Below, in pieces: positions 22,905 through 36,416 of a stretch of DNA of 64,000 bases. The stretch lies in contig OZ024746.1 of NCBI GenBank assembly GCA_964016885.1, positions 3,906,001-3,970,000 of the forward strand, read 5' to 3'. Within the stretch, counting starts at the first letter, position 1. The number at the start of each line of letters is the position of its first letter. The position numbers and the translations under genes are program-made. Source of the DNA: Eledone cirrhosa (lineage: Eukaryota). The notes under the pieces were generated by a model. The model saw nothing but the letters and a program-made list of their open reading frames with translations, did no database searches and had not been told where the DNA came from.

Positions 22905-23159
22905 GGAGAGATGGAAAGAAAGAGACGGCGAGGAGAGAGAGAGAGAGAGGGGAGAGAGAGAGAGAGAGAGAGAGCGAGTGAGAGAGAGAGATATGTATGA
23001 GTGAGTAAGAGAAAGAGAGAGAATGAGAGAAAAAGAGATAAAGAGAGATAGAGAGAGATATAGAATGTGAGATATATAGATAGATAGAGATATAGAATGA
23101 AAGAGATAAGTAGGTAGAGAGAGATAGAGAGAGAGAGATAGAGATAGAGAGATATCTAG

Positions 23160-23196
<37 letters not shown>

Positions 23197-24020
23197 TAGA
23201 GAGAGATATCTAAAATGAGAGAGAGAGAGAGAGATAGAGAGAGATATCTAGAATGAGAGAGAGAGAGATATCTAGAGAGAGAGAGAGATGTCATGTCTGC
23301 TGCTCACATCTGTGGTTTTCTCCCCCACCGTATTTCTATGTCCGCCATTACATATGCCGGATGTAAATTCATCTTCACGTGCTTCCAGCCAATCACTCAT
23401 CTCTTACTCTCCCTCCCTTTTCCCTCTTACTCTCTCTCCCTTCTCCCTCTCTCTTCTCTCACTTCTCTCTCTTACTCCCTCTCCCTTTTCTCTCTTACTC
23501 TCTCTCCCTTCTCCCTCTCTCTTCTCTCACTTCTCTCTCTTACTCCCTCTCCCTTTTCTCTCTTACTCTCTCTCCCTTCTTCCTCTCTCTTCTCTCACTT
23601 CTCTCTCTTACTCCCTCTCCCTTTTCTCTCTCACTCTCTCTCCCTTCTCCCTCTCTCTTCTCTCACTTCTCTCTCTTACTCCCTCTCCCTTTTCTCTCTT
23701 ACTCTCTCTCCCTTCTCCCTCTCTCTTCTCTTACTTCTCTCTCTTACTCCCTCTCCCTTTTCTCTCTTACTCTCTCTCCCTTCTCTCTCTCTCTTCTCTC
23801 ACTTCTCTCTCTTACTCCCTCTCCCTTTTCTCTTTTCCTCTCTCCCTTCTCTCTCTTACTCTCTATCCCTCTCTATCCCTTCTCTCTCTTACTCTCTCCC
23901 CCTCTCTCTCTTACTCTCCCCCTTCTCCCCCTCTCTCTCTTATCCTCTCTCCCTTCTCTCTCTTACCCTCTCTCCCCCTCTCTCTCGCTCCGTCTCCCTT
24001 CTCATCCTCTCCCTTCTCAT
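22905..24020. repeat. (GA)n-rich tract, then a CT-rich tract containing a 68-bp minisatellite
   Basis: Polypurine 22905-23288; polypyrimidine 23395-24020 with cttactccct recurring every 68 bp. Confidence 0.9.
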
Positions 24021-24494
24021 CACCTTCCTCTTTGTCTTGTTTGCTTCTTACCCCCCCCCCCCCATTACCCCCCCCCTCATTATCTTCAGCTGAAATATTA
24101 CGAGCTGTTCCCGTCCAACCGAGACTGCATATATTATAAGAAAGGCATGAATACCTCCACTTCCCATCTCCACCCTTTTAAAAAATTATCGTGTTTTTAT
24201 TATCATTTATTCTTTCACTTGATTCAGTATTTGGACTGCGACCATGCTGGAGCATCACTCTCAATTTCTTTTTAAAACGGTTATATTGACCCAGTACATT
24301 GTCTGATATTTATTTATCGATCTCTATTGATCAAATGACTAAACCCTGCTTGGCATAAAGGGACGTAACTCATACAAATAAACACCACAAGGTATTTTGT
24401 TTTCTGATCTACCGATTTATTGGCAATCCGTTGCTAAGATGTGCAAAACGTCAGACAATGCTTTAAGGGGTTTGTTTCGGGTCTTTTTCCTTCT

Positions 24495-24800
24495 GAGTAT
24501 AAAGCCCGCTGAGGTCAACTACGTATGCCCTTTCTCCTCCGAGCTCGATAAAGTACCAGTCAAGTACTGGGGTCGATATAATCGACTTTACCCTTCTCAT
24601 TAAAAATTGATAGCCTTGTGTCTATACCAGAAGCCATTAAAAGGGCCATTAAAAGGGCCGTGGATTGGAAATATGAGTAGAACGTCGGACAAAATACTTC
24701 GTGGTATTTAGTGACGACTTTAATACTTTCTGAGTTCAAATCCCGCCGAGGTCAACTTTGACTCTCTTTCTTCGGGGATCATCTACTGGGGTTGATATAA
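24495..24800 (+). mobile_element. Two adjacent diverged copies of the same SINE
   Basis: gaggtcaact...cgataaagtaccagt, then gagttcaaatcccgccgaggtcaactttg. Confidence 0.65.
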
Positions 24801-24958
24801 TTCTTCTTCTTCTTCTTCTTCTTCTTCTTCTTCTCCTTCTCCTTCTCCTCCTCCTCCTCCTCCTCCCAGCAGGTCCTGTCAGAAGCAACCGTCTCCAACT
24901 GATCTGGCTGATCCCCAAGAAAGAACAGCCAAACTCCGTTCCACAAAATTCTTGGCTT

Positions 24959-25049
24959 TGCACCTATGTTAAAAAACTATTATGGTGCACCTATGTTAAA
25001 AAACTATTATGGTGCACCTATGTTAAAAAACTATTATGGTGCACCTATG
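24959..25049. repeat. 27-bp tandem repeat, ~3.3 copies
   Basis: Unit tgcacctatgttaaaaaactattatgg. Confidence 0.9.
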
Positions 25050-25584
25050 CATGCTGTAATTTATCAAATGGGTGCAATGTGATAACCTGATCACGTGACT
25101 GTACCTCACTTCACTGATTAATCTGTTCTGGTTGTCCATGATTCCAGTAGAGGGCACTGCGATATGAAGAGGAAATGAACAGCGATCAGTCATAACGTCA
25201 ATGTTGCTGCACCTATTATTGGAGGTGTGCATCCGAAACTTGTTAAACTGCCCCCCCCCCCCCCCCCAAAAAAAAAACAACAACAACATATAACAGTTGT
25301 TGTTGCTGTTTAGCCACAGGTCAGCCAGGCCGTGACTCAGAACTAGTGGCCCGTTGTATTCATCTCACGACGTTGCTCTAGTCCACTTAGTTGAAAAGGG
25401 TACCAACAGAATGTAGCGATTATCCTTGTGACAGACTTATAATATGTTTAAGTCCACATGAAACCAGGATAAGCTCCAGCCTGGTAACCCGCTAGGGTCA
25501 AGAATGACTTTTAGGGTTTTTCCTTTATTTTTATTTTTATATCAGACGGAGTATATTTAGAACTACATTTTGAGATATAGTTTG

Positions 25585-25760
25585 GTGAATTGACAGGGTT
25601 GGACGCCATGCTTTCTAGCATAGTTACGTCCCTTTACGGTCTGAGTTCAAATCCCGTCGACGTTAACTTTGCCTTTCATCTTTACAGTGTCGATAAAATA
25701 AAGTACCAGTAATGTACTGAGTAATTGCTGGCCTTGTGCCAAAAATAGAAACAATATTAT
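25585..25760 (+). mobile_element. Same SINE
   Basis: ctgagttcaaatcccgtcgacgttaactttgcctttcatc...ggccttgtgccaaaa. Confidence 0.8.
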
Positions 25761-26052
25761 CATAAAATACTGATAAGTTCAAAAAGCCGGTACAATGCGG
25801 TAGAAATATATAAAGGACAAATGATGACAAATAAAACAAAAAGTTTTACCCAGTATATTTCAATATGATATTTCAGGGTTAATACTCTCTTTTCAAATGT
25901 AGGACTGAAACAGTTCAAAACAAAATGAACGATCGATGTGTTCTTCAACTCTTCCTCCGTTCTTGTCGGGTGCAGTATTCTGATTACTATTAATTACTGA
26001 TTGCTCTTTTCTGAGCTGATATATATATATAAATAATAATAATAATAATAAT

Positions 26053-26088
<36 letters not shown>

Positions 26089-26218
26089 CCCAAACCAAAC
26101 ACTGAGTGTGTTCTGTTATTATTTCTGGCAATATTATAACAATATGACCCTCCCCAAGTATAACAATATATATATATATATATATACACATATATATATA
26201 ATACATACATACACATAA

Positions 26219-26257
<39 letters not shown>

Positions 26258-27124
26258 CATATACATAAATATATATATAGAGAGAGAGATAGAGAAAGAG
26301 AGGGAGAGAGAGTGAGAGATGTTTAGTATAGTATTGACGAACGCCAGCATAGGTGTTCAATACCATTGTAGATATTAATAGTTTATTAAAGGTCGGGGGG
26401 CAGTGGCCTGTTACAGGGTGAAGACCCAGCAACACACTGGAGAAACTCCGAAAAAACAGGAACCTAGACTCGCCTCTAATAAACTTTCTCTCCTTCCTCA
26501 TTCTCTCTCTATTATATATTAACAAAGCTGCACACGGAAATGTAGATGCGAACAGAAACGGAAAAGAAAAAAGCCATCTATTTCCTCGTCAGACAACCAC
26601 CGGAAACACAATTTTCTTCATAAGGAGCTATCGTATTTTTACTTCTAGGATGCCCAACGGTTTGTGAGTTGAGTTGTTGGAAATATGTGGGAGGACAATA
26701 GAGAAACGAATGAAAAATAAACACAATTATTTCGAAATTACGAAGGAAACAACACTTGATCAGTAGACTTAAGGTGAGAAAGTGTTTTGATTTGAAATAT
26801 ACATAAAAATGAGTACAAACACAAAATGTCTTACAACTAGGACTATGAAGAGAATGAGAGAGACACTATCTATATGATGCGACGATGCTGTCTTTTGTTC
26901 TGGTGTTGGCTCCGTTGTTCACCCCTACCTTTACATTTTCTTTAATATTGCAACATTAAAAGAATATATCCTTCTGAAAGAACCGCGAGCAATTTATATT
27001 ATTATCTAAGCATTTGTAATGTTATTTATGTATATATTTAAAACATGTTATGTTATTCTACTGTAAATTTATTTGTTTTGCACTTAATAAAATTTATGAT
27101 TCTTACATTGCCTATATTGTTACG

Positions 27125-27257
27125 ACACTTTACATTCTAAGTTCAAATCCCGCCGAGGTTAACTTTGCCTTTCATACTTACGGGGTCGATAAAATAAAGT
27201 ACCAGTAATTTACTGGATAATTGCTGGCCTTGTGCCAAAAGTAGAAACAATTATTAT
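27125..27257 (+). mobile_element. Same SINE
   Basis: gttcaaatcccgccgaggttaactttgcctttcat...ggccttgtgccaaaa. Confidence 0.8.
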
Positions 27258-27781
27258 TCTACACGATCATGGTTGACCTGGCACTAAATAACAACTGCTA
27301 GTTATTTTATCTACTAAAGATCGAAGCTAAAGTCGAGACTGTTTGGATATGAACTTACAATATAGATGATGAACATAGCGTTTGAAATATTGTACTTTAT
27401 CAGCCATTTTCCTGCAAACTGTCCACATATCTTCTCCCCACTCAGGCAAATGTCATTTGCTTTCAATCTTCTTCGACACATTTCTTATTTGCTGCTATTT
27501 TTTCTTTTACTTGTCGTCTATGGACGATGTTGAAAATGACCAAGTGACAATGATAGCAATGAGTCAGATCTATGTAAGGGAATATGTGTTCCCTTGTGGT
27601 TTACTTGGGACACTGTGGAATATAACAATTCTTCTTCTTCATCCTATAATTTCCCTTATCCCCCTCTTTCTTTTATCTCTCCTCCTCCTCTCTCTCTCTA
27701 ACCATCTATCTACCTCTCTCTTTCTCCCCTTTTTTTCTCTTTCTCTCTATTCTCTCTCTCTACCACCGCCTTTCTCTCCCA

Positions 27782-27815
<34 letters not shown>

Positions 27816-28058
27816 ATCTTTCTCTCCCTTTCTCTCTCTTCTCTCTATTTCTTTCACTCTCTCTCTCTATACCTATCTCCCTCCCTTCTTCTTTCTCTCT
27901 CTCGTTCTCTAGCATTTTTCCCCTCACCACCACCACCTTCACCATCACCACCTTCACCGCCACCACCACCAGTTGTGTTTTTACTAATATTTCTGTTAAT
28001 GTCCCTGGTTTATCTCTCACTTCCTGACCTCCCCCTCATCTTCCCTCTATTTGTTTCC

Positions 28059-28063
<5 letters not shown>

Positions 28064-28097
<34 letters not shown>

Positions 28098-28161
28098 CAC
28101 ACACACACACACACACAGCCACACACACATACACACACACACACACAAATACACACACACA

Positions 28162-28223
<62 letters not shown>

Positions 28224-28610
28224 AACACAAACTAACACAAACTAACACACACACACACATACATACACATAAAGACACAAACTAACACACACACACAAAC
28301 TAACACACACAGAAACATATATACACACACTCACACATACACAGAAACACACACGCACATACACACACAAACTAACACATACAGAAACACACACACACAT
28401 ATACATACATACATACACACATACACATACACACATACACATACACACAAACACACACACATAAACACATACACACACAAAGTGACATTTATTAATACAC
28501 ATATATATACACTCACATACATTCATATACATACACAGAGAGAGAGACATATACACACACGAACACAAATATATATATGCACACACACACACATTTGCAT
28601 ATATATATAT
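28064..28610. repeat. Degenerate (CA)n microsatellite
   Basis: Visible CA/CATA repeats. Confidence 0.95.
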
Positions 28611-28679
28611 AGAGTAATGAATCCCTCATATTTCCACAGAAATTCTCTGGCATGCCTACAATGTATGAATGTATATATG

Positions 28680-29753
28680 TTATCTCTTTCTCTTAATTTC
28701 GAGTATATTTTTTTGACAAGGTTGTAAAAGAAAAGAAATTGTCATTCCTTGAATCGCAAGAATGTTTTGCAAATTTTGAAGGTGCCAGCTATCGCAGCCA
28801 TTTGTAGACTATGAATTAGGGAGCTGCGCTTTTGGCCCGCAAATCCAAGTTCAGTCATACTTTGGTCCAAGCGGGTTGGTATATAACCCGTAGCTCCAAT
28901 AATGATGGGTATGAAGCTTTAGGTTTATCTTGGATACTGGATTTGTAAACTCCTCATCAATGGTCCGTAGATGTCCTCCTTCTTCTGTATTTTTCTGTCA
29001 ACGTTTACATCAAGTGGGCAGCTGATCTCCACAACAGAACACGTTTTCAATGTGTGGTCCCAAACAACAATATCAGGCCGGTTGTGCTTTAATTTGGTGG
29101 CAGTTTTTATTTTCAGGTCCACCAGTATTCCTTAGTTCCATCTGTCTCAATATATTCTTCCTCGTTTGTTGTTAATTTTGTTTTCTGAAGTGCGTTCCAG
29201 ATGGTTCTAGCTATCCCATCGTGTCTCATGGGGAGGTAGTAGCGAGATGACATTCTTTCGCAGCTGGCAACAATGTGGCTTACATCCTCGATCTTTGTTT
29301 TACATAGTCTACATTTATTGTCAGCTGCTGGCCCTCCTCTTTTGTGCAGCAGATATTTGGTAGGGAGTTCTTGTTCCTGTATTGCATAGAGATATCCATC
29401 AAGGTGTGATGTCATAAACTTGTCGGAACTCCATGCCAGGCTTTTTGAGTGGTTTATCCCCTCTATGGTCTGTGTTTTACGTCTCAAGTGTCCATGCACA
29501 ACTTTTTCTGTAAATTAGTCAATTTTTTCATCTTGTTTGAACATTGAATAGGATCTTCCGATTTCTCTGGGTGAGAGATTTATATCAGGCTTTATTCCAT
29601 ATCTCTCCTCCAGATCAGTCGCTATTCTAATGATATATTTTTTTCATGCTCATAAACCTGGGCAAGATGGTTGCCAACCTTTTTCCTCTGTTGAAGGTGT
29701 TGCTTCAGTGTTACTATCTGGGTCTCATATGTTGTTAATATTGATTTTAGACC
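28680..29753 (-). mobile_element. 5'-truncated R4/Dong-type LINE with a restriction-like endonuclease
   Basis: AIQEQEL...CRLC-x7-H-x4-C (CCHC), RHDGIA, NRPDIVV...VVEISCP...K..Y, with a frameshift; flanked by (TATG)n-type repeats. Confidence 0.85.
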
Positions 29754-29784
<31 letters not shown>

Positions 29785-31704
29785 TGTATGTATGTATGTA
29801 TGTACATGTCAGGTCACTCTTCACCGCTACTGGTAAAATGTAACCCAGTACAACCTGTCCAACCCCATCAAGCTTGCTTGGTGAGGAGGGTAATATTTGG
29901 ACACCCTGCAGGATGAAAAAGAAAATCTGTCAGAGGGCGGAGGAATTCAGTGAAGCCAACAGCCATCCAATAAAGTAGTGCACAAATTGAGTTAAATTGT
30001 ATTTATTAATGCATATATATTATTTAGATATGTGTATTTATTTGCTGCCAAGTTAAGGGGCGGCTGTCAGTGACAGAACAACTTTAGATAAAGTCAGTGG
30101 AAGAATGGTTTATTTCACACACTGGATTTGAGTAATGAACGGAACTAGAGAGAATTATAATTAGGAAGGATTAAGGACAAGGTATAACAATGGCAGAGTT
30201 AACAAGTATCATTGCAGAATAATTTATAACAAAATAACATGAGTTATCTCCTTCATCCCCCTTCTCTTTCACACCTACACATATATATTTATATCAATGA
30301 TATTAATAAATGGAAACTATCTTTATAAAACCATATTTATTTTATTATATATATTTTAAGGGTACCGACATTTTAGTACGCTCTCATCAGATAAAATACA
30401 AAAAATGTTTTACAGATAGTGACATATTCAAAACTAGAACTTAACGTTTTGAGTTCTGTTTGAATAATCAACAAATTAAATAACTCATATATTTTTATAT
30501 ATATTTATATTAAATGAATTGCGACAAAACTAAACTACCCAGGTACAAATACAAGTCGTCAGTTACAAAAACACAAAGTTTTACACTGTAAAACAACGTT
30601 CATTACTACCAAAATATTTTAATTAAAATTCTGAAATCCATAACCAAGGAGTAAAAACTAAACCGTTATCAGATCACCTCAATAAACACAACACCTTAAT
30701 AAAATTAAAATTAAAATTGAAACTAGTAAACTATTTACGCAGAGTGGACAAACTTCATCAGGCTTCCCCCGTCCTCATTACTTAGTTCTGTTGAGTTGCG
30801 GCTCCCAGATAATCTAATACCATATTCTCTGTAGACCAAATTAAGTTATAACTGGGAAGTGTTCATGTGTATCCTAGATGGCAGAAGTGAGAGACCTCTT
30901 ATTCCATGAAAATATGTCATCATATGTTCTTGTCAAAATATTTCAATCTCAATGTATCTCATGTAAAAGTTGACTCCAGTTCTTCACAAACAACAGATCA
31001 ACAATTATTAATCACAGTATTATCATGAACATAAATGTCGCGACGAGGAAATTAATTTTTCTGGGCTATTATGTTCTGATATACACATCAAAACACATGT
31101 CCTAATAAATACTTCACTGAGGAATCATAAGCTCACATTTCTATAATACTGATCCAGTGGATTGAGCGAGGGAAAGAGCTAACTCGTCTAGGGCCAGTTT
31201 AGGTCACATTTAGTGAAGAATGTTGTTGAAGATGTCTTATCATGTAATGCTGACAAACTGGTGAACTGACAAGGTCTGTAGCCAATACAAGCTAATATCA
31301 ATACACCATTTAAAGACAGGATGTGTATGAAGTAGAATAATTGGATTCGTGTTGTAGAAGCTGTTCACGGAAGGGGGCAGTATGTAGGCTCCATCACTGA
31401 CTCTGATCTGTGAATGGATCATTGAATTGTGGAGAGAAATAACATTTGACATTACAGTTAAATCACTCAAGAAGTTCTGTACTAGATTGTACATGAGATG
31501 ATTTTCTATGAGATTACATGGATAAAGTATGATGTGTTGCTTCTAATTACAAACTTCAAAACTTCAAAGATTAAGAGGATCCGTATGATATCAATCCGCC
31601 CTGGTGATTATAATGCTTTATTCAATGATGAAGATGAACTGTGTAAAGTTGCAGGATTTGCAGATGATGAACATAGCGTTTGAAATATTTGTTTAAGATG
31701 TAAC

Positions 31705-31863
31705 ACATGTATAGACAATCTTTTTCGAGCAGTGGGCCGCCTAGGATGTGGCTCATCATAAGGTGGGCCGCACTACTAACAAATTCAAGGCAATTTTAAA
31801 ATTAGGCGTGCCATTCAGGAAGCCAAAGTATGTGGCTCGCGAGCCGCACTTTGCCCATGACTC
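31705..31863. mobile_element. hAT-like MITE remnant
   Basis: Internal gggccgc motifs and terminal gtggctcgcgagccgcactttgccca, typical of non-autonomous hAT ends. Confidence 0.4.
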
Positions 31864-32714
31864 ATGTATTACGTGACTGTCATTTGAAGTTGTATTAAAA
31901 TTTTACTTCAATATTTTTGTACCTTAATTAAAACTTCATATTTCAATTGTTTCTATAGTAATTATATATTTTCATATTTCTCTTATATTTTGTGGCTTTA
32001 AGGAACTACTACACTGTGGCGGCATTCATCTGGGGTGGGTTGGCCGGTTCCATCGAAGGAATTCACTCTGTAAGTTCATTTTATGGAGTTTCTTCGGGCG
32101 ATTGGTTTCACAAGCGCTGCCCAGCCTCAAGTATATGCACTTTAGGGTAGTGTAATCCCAGCATGCATCGGTTAGAGCGTCGAACTCTCACTATTTATCT
32201 AGATAAATAGATAAATAGTTAGGTTATCAAACATTGCTGTGTACCATACATGTGAACTGACTTCCCTTCCTTACTCATGTAAAACATGAGTTCTCTACAT
32301 ACATCGTACAAAAGATCTGGACTGATTTCATCTGTGGAGGTTCAGATAAATTCTGGGTGTCTGCTGCCCCTCATTGACTCCAGACAGAGATTTTGATGGG
32401 AGCCGACGTCTTCAATATTGAAGCAATGATACACATCCATTATTTTTGTTGGACCAGACATTTTGTATGAATGATCAGAGGATCTAGATGTTAACTGGCG
32501 AGCTTGTATGCGGAAAGCGTATCTAATACAAATCAAAGCTGCGGAAATGTAAAAAAAACCTCTTTGAAACCATCGAAATACGGAGGAAAATTGTCAAAGA
32601 AATGTTCATGCATAATTTCAGCAATCTCTAAAAGGCCCACAATTTGTGAAGTGGATAATGGGGCAACATTGGTATGTGGTCTATGTCTTTCCAAGCCTGC
32701 TTTGATTAGTCACC

Positions 32715-33178
32715 AATAAATTCATAAGTTATATAAATCATATAAATAAATTAACATGACAAATAACATAACGAATAACGTAACAAATATGTTTTAAATA
32801 TATACATAAAAACATTACAAATGCTTAGATAACATTATAAATTGCTTGCGATTCTTTCAGAAGGATTTATTCTTGTAATGTTACAATATTAAAGAAAATG
32901 TAAAGGAAGGGGTGAACAGCAGAGCAAAAGACAGCAGCGTCGCGTTGAGTACCGGGAAACCTCTCTAATGTTTTTTGAGGCAAGCCAGCACACTCGCAGC
33001 GTTTCCTCGGGTGATGGCGAGGCTAATGCGCTGGAACAATGAAGCGCCCTCTCGAGATTCGCCAGTTACCTCTATTAGGCGAGCCGCCAGTGAAGACAGG
33101 AACCTCGCAGTCAGCGGCCCGACTCCTCCAAACGTCTCGAAAGCCACAGACTGAAAATGTAGCTGGCGGACAAAACAT
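32715..33178 (-). mobile_element. CRE-like LINE 3' end; a 3' UTR-only copy lies at ~26878-27095 (+)
   Basis: HFQSVAFETFGGVG...LAARL...TGESRE...LFQRISLAITRGNAASVL is the C-terminal ET.G / RGNA signature of CRE-clade RLE domains; the UTR matches 26878-27030. Confidence 0.7.
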
Positions 33179-33617
33179 TGGTTAGACAAAACATTAATTA
33201 CAGTAGATTCACAACCATAGATAGCGTAATGAGGGAAGGTGTGAACATATATTAGTGATGTATAGACACAGTGTTATACAGCAGAATACATATCTGCATA
33301 TTGATGTGTATATACGTAGCTTTATTTGTAAGATCTGCCAAAAGATATATAATTCTGATCTCAAAGAGGCAATTTCGAAAATGGTTGAATGGCTAAGGAA
33401 TTCGCTTTACAACCGTAAGTTTCCATACTCAGTCCCGCATCATTTACCATCCAGTCGACACAAACTCCGTCAGTGATATTCGGTCGTGGAAAGAGGCTGG
33501 ATATCTGGTCGGTGGATTGTATCTGTAATTCAAACGACCAGCCATGTCAGGCATAGTGTCGCACTAATTCTTCCTGGGAATTCCGTTGAAGGTACAGGTA
33601 TGTGTATGTATGGGTGT

Positions 33618-33712
<95 letters not shown>

Positions 33713-33868
33713 CTCTCTCTCTCTCACCCCTCTCTCTCTCTTTCACACACACACACACACACTTTAGTAATAAATGACCGATAAGCTTTTTTAAAAACGT
33801 TACAATGTGGTAGAAAATACGAGGGGCAAATGATGGTAAATGAAGCAAAACAAAACAGTGTATCATAC

Positions 33869-33904
33869 CATGATATTTCAGGGCTAATACCCCCTTTTCA
33901 GATG
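33869..33904 (-). ncRNA. Possible ultra-minimal hammerhead variant (second copy 25864-25899)
   Basis: cat-CTGAAAA-ggggg tattag ccct-GAAA-ta-TC-atg; the other copy reads cat-TTGAAAA-gagag tattaa ccct-GAAA-ta-TC-ata. Confidence 0.35.
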
Positions 33905-33977
33905 TGAAGTTGAAACTCCTAGATAAGACAAAATACATACATACATATATACATATATACATACATACATATATACA

Positions 33978-34281
33978 TACGGACCATTGATGAAGAGTTT
34001 ACAAATCCAGTATCCAAGAAACACCTTTAGCTTCATACCCATCATTATTGGAGCTACGGGTTATATACCAACCCGCTTGGACCAAAGTATGACTGAACTT
34101 GGATTTGCGGACAAAAAGCGCAGCTCCCTAATTCATAGTCTACAAATGGCTGCGTGGCACCTTCAAAATTTACAAAACATTCTTGCGATTCAAGGGATGA
34201 CAATTTCTTTTCTTTTACAACCTTGCTACCAGGAAGGTGGCCGGTCAAATAAATATACTCGAAATTAAGAGAAAGAGATAA
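33978..34281 (+). mobile_element. Short 3' copy of the same R4/Dong-type LINE
   Basis: GPLMKSLQIQYPRNTFSFIPIIIGATG; near-identical to the reverse complement of 28680-28969; between (CATA)n tracts. Confidence 0.85.
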
Positions 34282-35139
34282 CATACATACATACATACAT
34301 ACATACATACATACATACATACACACACATAATACATACATACACACATACATACACACACACACACACATAGATATATATGTTTGTGTTTGTATATGCA
34401 TGTGTATGAGTTTGTGAGGAGGAGAGCTGCTGTTGGAGTGAAAGGGAGAGGAAGTGATAAGGAGAGGGAAGACAATAATTATGTCACTGTTGGTGAGGGG
34501 GGAGGTGGTGGCAGGAGAAGAAAAGAGTTGTGAATGACACCAACTTTTAGAATATGACATGATGACTCACGCTGCACTTCTCTCTCTCTCTCTCCCTCCA
34601 TCCCTCCCCATCTCCCCCTCTCGCTCCCTCCCTCCCTCCCCCTCGCCCTCTCACTCCTCTCTCTCTCTGTCTCCTTTTGCTCAGGGTCTTTATTAGATTT
34701 ATTTCCTACCTCCCCCTACTACTCTGTCACATAACCACACAGTCTCTTTCCTCTCTTCCCCCTCTCTCTTTCTTGCTTCATTTACGTCTTCTTCCCTTCT
34801 CTCCCTCCCTTTTTCTATCTGTCTCCTTCTCTCCCTCCCTCTTTCTATCTATGTCTCCTTCTCTCACCCTCTCTCTTTCTACCTATATCTCCTTCTCCCC
34901 CCCTCCCTCTTTCTTCCCTTCCTCTTTAACTTACTCTCTTTTCTTCTCTAATATAAATCTAGCGGTCACGTCGTTCACAAAGTACAAGACAAAACTAACC
35001 AATAAAGTCAACAGATCGAATCCAATCACCAGAAATGCGTGGTTATCTGTGACCATTGATCTCTAGACAAGCCCAAACTATATAGATTTAAAAAGGTGCC
35101 AGGCAGTGGAGTGTTCATATTTTGTGGCACATCAAGTGT

Positions 35140-35353
35140 ATTGTCAGAATTGGTAGAGCGCCAGATAAATACCATTGTGATGTTTGTTCTGCTTCTTTAC
35201 ATTCTGAGTTCAAATTCTGCCGAGGTCAACTTCGCCTTTTATCTTTTCAGGGTCGATAAAATAATGTACCAGCTAAATACTGGGGTTAATTTAATTGACG
35301 CTGCCCTACCCCCCAAAACTTTCCTGTCTTTTGCCTAAATCAGAAATCAATAT
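35140..35353 (+). mobile_element. Same SINE (diverged)
   Basis: ctgagttcaaattctgccgaggtcaacttcgcc...gggtcgataaaataatgtaccag. Confidence 0.7.
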
Positions 35354-35639
35354 TTTGTGTCACATAAGTTTCTACATGGTTACTTGACTAGCTAAAAATA
35401 AACTGTCAAATCTTATGAAACGCAATAGCAACCAAATCACACCCTATGACCTTCAGGAATCACGGAATAATGAAATTTAGATCAGTTATTTAGGCAAAGA
35501 CCACCATGGTCTTTGAAGGTTATATATAGGAATACGTTATTTAGTGTCGGCTTAAGAAGATATGGAGTGATTTGGTTGCTATTTCTAATAGGTTCCACCT
35601 TTTAATGAGAACAAAACATTAAACCGTGATTAGTTACTC

Positions 35640-35810
35640 CTCTACGTGAACAACTGATCATCTACGTGAACTGTCGATCATCTACGTGATCAGCTGGTCA
35701 TCTACGTGATCATTCGATCATCTACGTGAACTGTCAATCATCTACGTGATCTCGCGATTACCTACGTGATCTCGCGATTACTAACATGATCTCGCGATTA
35801 CCTACGTGAC
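35640..35810. repeat. Diverged ~20-bp tandem repeat
   Basis: Recurring gatcatctacgtga / cgattacctacgtga. Confidence 0.8.
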
Positions 35811-36298
35811 CAGTCAATGTACTAGAAACATCAACCAGATATGCCTTTACCAATGTCAAAATAACATTTACTTAATGGAAATATATGAAAAACAGACAAG
35901 AGATATCGTATGAACGAACAAAAACGTCTCCATCATCCATTACTCACGATTCTGCAAATATTTCGAATACAACACGATGAAGAACCGAGCCTGTTTTGTA
36001 AAGGAATGCGAACATTGAGATACAACAAACAGATGAGAAGAGTCAGAAGTAAACAATGTTTTACAAGGAAAATACCAACATTTGATTCCTACAACTTTCT
36101 CTGGGCACAAACATCAGACAATTGACGATTTAAAAACGATAGAAGTGAAATGTATTACATGGGGAAGATAGATAAAAAATCTTCTCAGGGTGGTTTATTC
36201 AGGTGGTTAAAGGAAAGATTCTTTAGGAGTTCCAGAGAAATCCTCCCTCCAAATTCTGTTGCGCTAAGAATAAGGTAAGTTATTATTATTATTTGACT

Positions 36299-36416
36299 CA
36301 AGTTCAAATCCCGCCGAGGTTGACTTTGCCTTTCATCCTTACGGGGTCGATAAAATAAAGTACCAGTAATGCACTGGGTAATTGCTGGCCTTGTGCCTAA
36401 AGTAGAAACAATTATT
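36299..36416 (+). mobile_element. Same SINE
   Basis: agttcaaatcccgccgaggttgactttgcctttcatccttacggggtcgataaaataaagtacc. Confidence 0.8.

Noticed and set aside
26530-26600. Minus-strand CTGACGA followed by a long stem II-like hairpin (ggaaat agatg / catctac atttcc)
   Set aside because: No GAAA, stem III or NUH follows; at best a truncated HHR relic.
29810-29980. Possible HDV-like ribozyme or retroelement 5' UTR (also 32010-32190)
   Set aside because: I could not build the nested double pseudoknot by eye; it would need a descriptor search.
30735-30775. Minus-strand cctgatgaag
   Set aside because: No stem II or GAAA downstream; chance match.
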